Source: Dehalococcoidia bacterium
Lineage (GTDB): Bacteria > Chloroflexota > Dehalococcoidia > DSTF01 > JACRBR01
Direction of reading: 5' to 3'
DNA: 64,000 bases
NCBI GenBank assembly: GCA_041494685.1
Contig: JBGQBE010000009.1
Coordinates: forward strand, 15,054 to 79,053
Shown here: positions 57,373-64,000 of the stretch, in pieces
Layout of the letters: each line of letters opens with the position of its first letter
Position numbering within the stretch: position 1 is the stretch's first letter
The notes under the pieces: model-generated
Seen by the model: only the letters and a program-made list of their open reading frames with translations
Told to the model about the DNA's origin: nothing
Databases searched by the model: none
Position numbers and translations under genes: made by a program

Positions 57373-57389
57373 GTGGCGACCCCGAAGGG
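57373..57389 (-). repeat. tRNA 3'-end fragment, att site copy 2
   Basis: GTGGCGACCCCGAAGGG identical to 55891-55907. Confidence 0.75.
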
Positions 57390-57518
57390 GATCGGGGTTC
57401 CCTGGCGCAAATGAGGTGTGGTACGCGCTGCGAAGCGCGTAGCGCGTAGCACCTGATCAGCTTGCTTCTCGAGGGAGCAGGCGAAGTTGCAGGTTGTCCC
57501 GTCTGTAATGGTGCAGCT

Positions 57519-60227
57519 TTGAACCCGCTGCTGGAAGCGGCGTTGGCGCGCGCCCGCGACGGCGCGTACATCATTCCGCTCTGGTCGACCGACGCGGCTG
57601 GCGTCTGCAAATGCCCGAAGAAGGCCGACTGTGCCAGCCCCGGCAAGCACCCGCGGACGATGAACGGCCTCGACGACGCCTCATGCGATCCCGACACGAT
57701 CAAGCGCTGGTGGGGCCAGTGGCCCGACGCCAACGTCGGCGTCCGGACCGATGCCGTGGTTCGGATCGACATTGACCTCCCTGACGTCGCGGAGGCGCTC
57801 TCGGCTGACGTGCCGCTCCAGGCTGAGACGGAACTGGTGCGAACGCCTCGACGTGGAGGCCTGCACATCGCCCTGAAGGTCCTTCGGCCGGTGGCCGGGC
57901 GCGACCTGTTCCTCAGTGACGGCCGCAAGCTCGGGGAACTGAAAGCGGCGCGCGGCTACGTGCTGGTACCGCCGAGCGCGATTGGCACGGGTGAATACCA
58001 ACTGCTCAGCCCGGATGGCAACGATCCCATCGAGGTCGACGATCCGGTTGCATGGCTGCGTAACGTGCTGCCCGCCTTCGGCTACAACCTCGCTGGCGAG
58101 AGCGAACGGCCCGCGCGGGCCTACGAGGCGCTCAGCGGCGCCGTCTACGAGGGTGAGGGGCGGCACAACGCACTCGTGTCGTATAGCGGCAAGGTCTGGG
58201 TCGAGGGCATGGCGCCCGAGACGCTCGCCAGTGTGCTCCAGGCCGTGAATGAGGCACAGTGCCGGCCGCCGCTGCCGCCGGAGGAAGTACGGCAGATCGC
58301 GCAGCACTTCATCGAACATCGCGCGCCGCGGGTCATCCACGATCCAGTGATGGTGGGCGATGCCAACCGCCCGTCCATCTTGGTGACGAACAGGTATCGA
58401 CGCGACATTGCTGACGACGCCTGGCGTGCCCTGCTGGCCGCCAACGACCCCGTCCGCTTCTTTCGCCACGGGAACAGCGTCGCAGAGATCGACCTGCATG
58501 ACGACGGGTCCGCCAGCATCCGGCATCTTGGCACGACCGGACTTGCGGGCCGCATCGACAGGTGCGCGGACTTCATCAAGATCACGCAGACCGGCCGTCA
58601 CCCAGCGCGACCGCCGCGGGACGTTGTCGAGGACATGGAAGCGCTGGAGAACCCGCTCCCGCGGCTGCGCGGCATCGTTGGCGCGCCCGTCTTCGCGGCT
58701 GACGGCACGTTAGAGACAGCGATGGGCTACCAGCCCCGGACGGGGCTGTACTACGCGCCCATCGGCGAGCCAGTGCAAGCCGTACCGCTCCGACCGGATA
58801 CTACGGACCTGCGCGCTGCCCGTTTGCGACTCGGGGACGACCTGCTCGGCGACTTCCCCTGGGCAGACGAACACGCGTCTCTCGCCAACCTCGTAGCGGC
58901 GCTGATTACACCGATGGTGCGAGAGCTGGTCACGGGCCCAGTACCGCTCTTTGCGCTGGACGCGCCGAAAGCCGGCAACGGCAAAGGCTTGCTGGCCTCT
59001 TGCATCAGCCTCGTCGCCACGGGACATGAGATCGCTGTCATGGCCGACACGAAGAGTGAGGAGGAGTTCCGCAAGCGCGTCACGACCAAACTCATGGAGG
59101 GGGACGGCGTCCTCTTGTTCGACAACGTGCGCCGGCGATTGGACTCCGGCGCATTCGCGGCGCTCCTCACGGCAAACGTCTGGACTGATCGCGTCCTCGG
59201 CCGCTCCCAAGCGGTGACGCTACCGATTCGTTCGCTGTTCCTCGTGACGGGAAACAATCTGCAGTTCAGTGACGAAATCACGCGCCGGGTGGTGTCGGTG
59301 CGCATCGACGCCAAGATCGATCGGCCGTGGGAGGGGCGGGCGTTTCGGCACTCTGACCTGACCGGCTGGCTCCGGCGCCACCGGCACGAAGTGGTCTGGG
59401 CGTGCCTCGTCCTCGCGCAGAACTGGATCGCGCAGGGACGTCCGCAGTGGAGCGGATCGCCGATGGGGTCCTATGAGTCGTGGTGCTGCGTGTTGGGCGG
59501 GATCTTGCAGGCGGCGGGCATCGATGGGTTCCTAGAGAACCGTCCTGACCTCTACCGGCGCGGCGACACGGACAGCGAGGAGTGGCGCGCCTTCACGTCG
59601 GCTTGGTGGGGAACCCACCGGGACGCGGCCGTGAAGGTCGCCGACCTCCAACCGATCGCCGAGGAGACGCTCACATCGTTCTTCGACCAGTTGAAGGCCG
59701 GCGCGGACAACAAGACCATCCGCACAAAGCTCGGGAAGGCTATCGCGGAACGCCAGGACACCCGGTTCGAGAACCTCTTCGTCCGGCGCGCCGGCGCGGA
59801 CGGTCACAGCAAGACGGCGCTCTGGTGTGTTGAGCGGGCCGCGCCGTCTGCGGGTGACGCTGCCGAAACTGAGACCACCCCCGCACCATACCCGCAGGAT
59901 TACACCCCCTTTTCAGATTTGGCTGCGGGTGATGCGGGTATCGCGGGTATCAATTCCGACTTGCTCCCGCACATGGACGGTCGGACCGGCGTCACCGATG
60001 CGTGCGGAGAGCGTGGCGATCCATACCCGCAATACCCGCCAACCCCGCAAACAGATTCGGATGAGGCCCGCGAGGATGCGGGTGACACGCGGGTGACCTC
60101 GCAGCCTGCGACCGCACACCCGCAATGCAAGCGCTGCCGGGTCGAAGTGGAGGCCACGGCAACAAGCAACCTCTGTAACGGGTGCCGGCGGGACGCGCTC
60201 CGGAACGTGATGGAGGGCCAGCAATGA
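57519..60227 (+). CDS. Bifunctional DNA primase/polymerase with PriCT-1 and P-loop helicase-like domain
   Basis: CKC..K.C.SPGKHP, WPDANVG, IDID, TPRRGGLH, YVLVPPS; EGRHNAL..CRPPL; AGNGKG, LLFDN; start uncertain (57462 possible). Confidence 0.87.
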   Translation: MNPLLEAALARARDGAYIIPLWSTDAAGVCKCPKKADCASPGKHPRTMNGLDDASCDPDTIKRWWGQWPDANVGVRTDAVVRIDIDLPDVAEALSADVPLQAETELVRTPRRGGLHIALKVLRPVAGRDLFLSDGRKLGELKAARGYVLVPPSAIGTGEYQLLSPDGNDPIEVDDPVAWLRNVLPAFGYNLAGESERPARAYEALSGAVYEGEGRHNALVSYSGKVWVEGMAPETLASVLQAVNEAQCRPPLPPEEVRQIAQHFIEHRAPRVIHDPVMVGDANRPSILVTNRYRRDIADDAWRALLAANDPVRFFRHGNSVAEIDLHDDGSASIRHLGTTGLAGRIDRCADFIKITQTGRHPARPPRDVVEDMEALENPLPRLRGIVGAPVFAADGTLETAMGYQPRTGLYYAPIGEPVQAVPLRPDTTDLRAARLRLGDDLLGDFPWADEHASLANLVAALITPMVRELVTGPVPLFALDAPKAGNGKGLLASCISLVATGHEIAVMADTKSEEEFRKRVTTKLMEGDGVLLFDNVRRRLDSGAFAALLTANVWTDRVLGRSQAVTLPIRSLFLVTGNNLQFSDEITRRVVSVRIDAKIDRPWEGRAFRHSDLTGWLRRHRHEVVWACLVLAQNWIAQGRPQWSGSPMGSYESWCCVLGGILQAAGIDGFLENRPDLYRRGDTDSEEWRAFTSAWWGTHRDAAVKVADLQPIAEETLTSFFDQLKAGADNKTIRTKLGKAIAERQDTRFENLFVRRAGADGHSKTALWCVERAAPSAGDAAETETTPAPYPQDYTPFSDLAAGDAGIAGINSDLLPHMDGRTGVTDACGERGDPYPQYPPTPQTDSDEAREDAGDTRVTSQPATAHPQCKRCRVEVEATATSNLCNGCRRDALRNVMEGQQ
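59850..60123. repeat. Iteron-like GCGGGT/ACCCGC repeats, putative replication origin
   Basis: GCGGGT at 59850, 59925, 59934, 59943, 60078, 60089; ACCCGC at 59890, 60025, 60034, 60118. Confidence 0.6.
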
Positions 60228-60362
60228 ACAGGCACGATGACCGAATGGGAATGGGCCGGGGGTCGCGATTTTTCAGTGATACCCGAGGACGCGAGCGCTG
60301 GCGTCCCAACCTCCGACCGTGTACGGGTTTTACCCCAATCGTATCCGTGGAGTTGACCGCTC

Positions 60363-60839
60363 ATGGGTGAGCGAGGGCCGCTGCCGACCGGGTATGCCCG
60401 GCGCCGCAACAAGCGGCACACGAGCGGGTCGTGCGTGACGATCGCGCGGCCGCCGATGCCGCGCACATTGCCGGAGGAGGCGAAGGCCGAGTGGCGTCGC
60501 GTTGTACCGGAACTGGAGAGCATCGGCATCGTCGCGACGATCGACCGGGGCGTGCTCATCCGCTACTGCACGGCCTGGGCCGACTGGTGTGAGCTGGCTC
60601 GCCTGCTGGAACGCTCCGGGAAGTTGATCAAGGGGCAGAAGGGCAACCTGGTCCGCAACCCGCTCTGGCTGATGAAGCGGGACGCCGAGCAGGCGATCGC
60701 CGAGCTTGCTCGCCAGCTCGGCCTGACGCCGGCGGCGCGTCTGCGTGCCGGCGTCGTCCACGAGCGCCCGGCGGACCCGGAGGAGGAGTCCGCGGGCGCG
60801 AGGGCGATGGTGGAGTACCGAAAGATGCTGGAGGGATGA
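60363..60839 (+). CDS. Phage terminase small subunit, P27 family
   Basis: MG.RGP.P, AKAEWRRVVPEL, D...LIRYC.AW, RNPL, QLGLTPAAR. Confidence 0.9.
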   Translation: MGERGPLPTGYARRRNKRHTSGSCVTIARPPMPRTLPEEAKAEWRRVVPELESIGIVATIDRGVLIRYCTAWADWCELARLLERSGKLIKGQKGNLVRNPLWLMKRDAEQAIAELARQLGLTPAARLRAGVVHERPADPEEESAGARAMVEYRKMLEG

Positions 60840-60843
60840 ACCG

Positions 60844-62079
60844 ATGAACAGCACGACCATGCAGATCGAACACGTCGACATCGAGACGCTCCGGCCCGAC
60901 CCGGCGAACCCGCGCCGCATCTCGGAGGCGGTGCTGGAGGCGCTGACGCGGAGCGTGCGCGAGTGGGGCTTCGTTCAGCCCGTGCTCGTGAGACGTGAGG
61001 ACAACACGGTGATCGGCGGCCATCAGCGGCTGCTCGCGGCGCGGCGCCTCGGCCTGAAGACGGTGCCGGCCATCTTCGTCGACCTGAGCATCGAACAAGC
61101 GCGTCTGTTGAACGTCGCCCTGAACCGAATAGCGGGCGAGTGGGACGAGGAACTCCTGGCGCGGATGCTCGCGGACCTGCAGCCGGTGGACGGCATCGAC
61201 CTCAGCCTCAGCGGCTTCACCGAGGACGAGCTGGACAAGCTGCTGAAGAGCCTGGATGTGCGCGAGAGGCGCGAACGGGCGGAGTCGTTCGACGTGGACG
61301 CCGCCCTGGAGGCCGCCCGTGCGGCCACGCGCGCGAAACCTGGCGAGTTGTGGGCCCTGGGCGACCACAGGCTCCTGATCGGCGACGCGACGGACGCAGG
61401 GGCCGTACAGCAGCTGCTGGGAGAGACGCGGCCAGCGATGTGCTTCACCGACCCGCCCTACAACGTCGACTACGGCAAGGGCGGCGGCTCGTTCGCCGTA
61501 CGGCGCAGCAAGCGCACCATCCAGAACGACTGCCTGAGCCCCGAGGCGTGGGATCGCTTCGTGCGAGGCTGGGGCGCAAACCTCCTCGCCTCGGTCGATG
61601 GCGCGCTCTACGTCTGCATGAGCACCCGCGAGTGGCCGACGATGTGCGCGATCCTTACGGACCTCGGAGCGCACTGGTCGGACTCGATCATCTGGGCGAA
61701 AGATCGCTTCGTTCCTGGCCGGGCGGACTATCAGCGATCGTTCGAGCCCGTCTTCTACGGCTGGCGCGAAGGCGCCAAGCACCAGTGGCACGGCGGCAGG
61801 ACGCAAGACGACGTCTGGCGCATCGAACGACCGTCCGACAGCGACGCGCACCCAACCATGAAGCCGCTCGCGCTGGTCGAGAAGGCGATCAGCAACTCCT
61901 CGTCAGCGGGCGACGTGGTGCTCGACCTCTTCCTCGGCTCAGGCACGACGCTGATCGCCGCGGAGCGCACCGGGCGCGTCTGCTACGGCATGGAACTGGA
62001 CGCCCACTATGGCAGCGTCGTGTTGGCGCGCTGGGAGTCGTTCAGCGGCAAGGAGGCGACGTGCCTGGGGTCTTCGTGA
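60844..62079 (+). CDS. ParB-like N-terminal domain + N6/N4 DNA methyltransferase
   Basis: PANPR, IGGHQRL; TDPPYN (motif IV), HPTMKP, LDLFLGSGTT (motif I). Confidence 0.92.
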   Translation: MNSTTMQIEHVDIETLRPDPANPRRISEAVLEALTRSVREWGFVQPVLVRREDNTVIGGHQRLLAARRLGLKTVPAIFVDLSIEQARLLNVALNRIAGEWDEELLARMLADLQPVDGIDLSLSGFTEDELDKLLKSLDVRERRERAESFDVDAALEAARAATRAKPGELWALGDHRLLIGDATDAGAVQQLLGETRPAMCFTDPPYNVDYGKGGGSFAVRRSKRTIQNDCLSPEAWDRFVRGWGANLLASVDGALYVCMSTREWPTMCAILTDLGAHWSDSIIWAKDRFVPGRADYQRSFEPVFYGWREGAKHQWHGGRTQDDVWRIERPSDSDAHPTMKPLALVEKAISNSSSAGDVVLDLFLGSGTTLIAAERTGRVCYGMELDAHYGSVVLARWESFSGKEATCLGSS

Positions 62080-62267
62080 TCGTCAGGGACGCCCGTGGCT
62101 CGCTGGTCCACGTGCGCCGCCGGTCGGACGGCGAGTGCGTCGGCTGCATCGAGGTCGGGCTCTTCGAGATCGTGCGCTCGCTGGTGCTGGAAGAACCAGC
62201 GGCGGCCGCGCCCAACGGGGAGGATCAGCGCGACCACCGCTGTCGATCCGAGTGTACGCCGCGGTGA
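62076..62267 (+). CDS. Possible small hypothetical protein
   Basis: GTGA-coupled to methylase stop; no family recognised. Confidence 0.3.
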   Translation: MIVRDARGSLVHVRRRSDGECVGCIEVGLFEIVRSLVLEEPAAAAPNGEDQRDHRCRSECTPR

Positions 62268-62410
62268 GGGGGGCGAAGGTTATGAAGCCGTTGCCGTTAG
62301 AAGGGGAACCACGATGGACGGTGAGTCGTTGACTTCGATCGGCCGCAGAGTGATGTATGCCGCTACCAACGAGACGCCCTCGCGAGAGGGCCAGCGAAAG
62401 GAGCGGCGAG

Positions 62411-62860
62411 ATGCCGATCGAGAACAGGGAGCTAGCGGTGGGGACGCGCCTGGTGGCTCGCTACAGGAAGGCGGAGCGGACGTGCGAGGTCGTGCAGACC
62501 GACGACGGCCTGCGCTACCGCTTGGACGACGGGACGGAGCACAAGAGCCCGTCGAGTGCGGGCAAGGCGGCGATGGGCGGCGTCGCCTGCAACGGCTGGC
62601 GCTTCTGGTCGGTCGCGGGGACGGAGCCCGCCCGCAAGGCGAAGGCCGACAAGTCGGCAAAGGCCAAGACGGAGCCCGCGGCGGAAAAGCCGGCGACGAA
62701 GAAGGGCGCTCCGAAGAAGGCCACGAAGGCCAAGGCCACCAAGAAGCCGAAGGCGAAGCGGGCGGCGGCGAAGGGCGACTCCTACGGCTGCGGCGCCTGC
62801 GGCGAGACGTTCCCGACGATGAAGGCAGCGACCGCACACGCGATGACGCACACGGCCTAA
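62411..62860 (+). CDS. RAMA/DUF2924-like DNA-binding protein with Lys/Ala-rich linker and C2H2 zinc finger
   Basis: L.ARY.K, HKSPSSAG...NGWRFW; KKATKAK repeats; CGAC..F.......HAMTH; AAGGAG RBS. Confidence 0.75.
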   Translation: MPIENRELAVGTRLVARYRKAERTCEVVQTDDGLRYRLDDGTEHKSPSSAGKAAMGGVACNGWRFWSVAGTEPARKAKADKSAKAKTEPAAEKPATKKGAPKKATKAKATKKPKAKRAAAKGDSYGCGACGETFPTMKAATAHAMTHTA

Positions 62861-62875
62861 CACCTCAGCCGGTCG

Positions 62876-62913
62876 CAACGACAGCGGGTCGCTTCGGCGG
62901 CCTGCTGTCGTTG
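62876..62913. terminator. Hairpin with TTCG loop between convergent genes
   Basis: CAACGACAGCGGGTCGC-TTCG-GCGGCCTGCTGTCGTTG. Confidence 0.65.
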
Positions 62914-62946
62914 TGCTCTCATGCACCAACGCACCGGGGTTGCGGT

Positions 62947-63222
62947 TCAGGGGCGAAGGAATCGTCGGCGGCCCTGCTTGCCTTGAGCGAGGCGCTCTTC
63001 AAGGTGCCGCCCGTTGTAGAAGAAGAACGCCAGACGCAGCACGAAGAACACGCTGGCGACGACTGCCAGCCCTCGCAACCACAGGCCGCCGGTGGCCGAC
63101 GCGACGACCAGCACGATCGCTATCACGAGGACGTACCGCGCGATCATGAAGACGAGCCGGCGCCGGCGCCGCGCGTGCCAGTACGCCAGGCGGGAATCGT
63201 TCGGGTCGGGCTCTTCGTACAC
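62947..63222 (-). CDS. Small two-TM hypothetical protein
   Basis: GGAGGA RBS, two hydrophobic helices flanked by basic residues. Confidence 0.6.
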   Translation of the reverse strand: MYEEPDPNDSRLAYWHARRRRRLVFMIARYVLVIAIVLVVASATGGLWLRGLAVVASVFFVLRLAFFFYNGRHLEERLAQGKQGRRRFLRP

Positions 63223-63314
63223 GACGCGTCCTCCGGATACCAGCGTAGCAGGCGCACACGATTGGGTAGATAGCGATGGTCACTACCAACGGGCGTGACT
63301 AGCAGAGGTAGTCG

Positions 63315-63716
63315 ATGGTAATCTCCCGCACCTGCAAGGCGATCCGCTCGAACGGCGAGTCCTGCCGTGCGGCGCCGCTGCGCGACAGCGCCTTCTGCCT
63401 CTGGCATGACCCCGACCAAGCCGACGTCGTCGCCGAAGCCCGGCGCCTGGGCGGTGTCCGCCGGAAGCGCGAGACGACCCTCGCGGGCGCCTACGACATC
63501 GAGGGCTTGGGCTCGGTCGCGGAGATCCGGCGGATCGTGGAGATCGCGGTACTCGACGCGCTCAGCCTGGAGAACAGCGTGGCACGCGGCCGCTTGCTGG
63601 TCGCCTGCGCCCTCGCCGGCGCCAAGCTGCTGGAGGTCGGCGAGCTGGAGCAGCGGCTGGAGGCCGTCGAGGCAACGCTCAAGCCCCGGCTGATCAAGAC
63701 CGGGGGGCGGCGGTGA
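63315..63716 (+). CDS. Hypothetical phage-type protein with N-terminal Cys/His metal-binding motif
   Basis: C.A.R.NGE.C.A......FC.WH motif; GAGGT RBS. Confidence 0.75.
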   Translation: MVISRTCKAIRSNGESCRAAPLRDSAFCLWHDPDQADVVAEARRLGGVRRKRETTLAGAYDIEGLGSVAEIRRIVEIAVLDALSLENSVARGRLLVACALAGAKLLEVGELEQRLEAVEATLKPRLIKTGGRR

Positions 63717-64000
63717 GCGGCGGCGAGGCGCGGCTCGATCGCCTGCTGCCCGCCCTCAGCGCGGAGGAGCGGGCGATCCTGATGCTCCGCGACTTCAAGG
63801 CGGACAAACCCCAGGACCGGTCGCTCCTCCGCACCGCGCCCGACCGGCAGACCTCGGAACTGAACCGCCTGGTCGGCATGATGAACGCCGCCAATGGCGA
63901 CCTCGCCCACGTGATCGTCGTCATCCGCGAGCGGGTCCGTCAGGAGGACCTGCGCTTCAACTGGCTGGAGTGGGCGCGCATCTGCGCCTTGGAGATGTGG
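63713..64000 (+). CDS. Hypothetical protein, truncated by window end
   Basis: GTGA-coupled to previous stop; open to end (MSGGEARLDRLLPALSAEERAIL...). Confidence 0.65.
   Translation, partial: MSGGEARLDRLLPALSAEERAILMLRDFKADKPQDRSLLRTAPDRQTSELNRLVGMMNAANGDLAHVIVVIRERVRQEDLRFNWLEWARICALEMW

Larger units (their letters stand above)
57373..64000 (+). mobile_element. Integrated phage-satellite-like / defective prophage element (continues past window)
   Basis: Starts at att copy; primase-polymerase, small terminase, ParB-methylase; no integrase, capsid or large terminase within window. Confidence 0.75.

Noticed and set aside
60844-62079. Restriction-modification system
   Set aside because: No cognate endonuclease nearby; ParB-MTase fusions are typical orphan phage methylases
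1-64000. CRISPR array, rRNA, IS transposase
   Set aside because: No regularly spaced repeat-spacer array, rRNA-like stretch or transposase motif seen

Overview
High-GC bacterial chromosomal window; gene content and protein style suggest Chloroflexota/Dehalococcoidia-like (inference only). Left to right: 3' end of mutL, a CAP-domain protein, an acyl-CoA ligase alpha subunit, then a Tad/Flp pilus cluster (AAA ATPase, VWA-FHA protein, ECF sigma factor, cpaB-cpaE-cpaF-tadB-tadC) whose genes share sigma-28/WhiG-like promoters. Next come a WYL regulator facing a small unknown gene across a DriD-like inverted repeat, and an arn-like amino-sugar/lipid-carrier glycosylation locus with its own OmpR-type two-component system. 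The middle holds a LuxR-ATPase regulator with a methyltransferase, a NarL-type two-component system next to a 7-heme cytochrome c, a poly-gamma-glutamate operon (pgsBCW) continued by two surface beta-propeller genes, and a Rieske-less cytochrome b module. A decaying zone follows, with frameshifts; one of two in-frame 'collapsed' mini-genes lies here and the other at ~36.2 kb. From ~55.9 kb, tandem elements appear integrated at a tRNA 3' end, the second being a phage-satellite-like element (primase-polymerase, P27 small terminase, ParB-methylase) running off the window. No CRISPR array, rRNA or complete tRNA was seen. All calls are from reading motifs by eye; no database searches were run.
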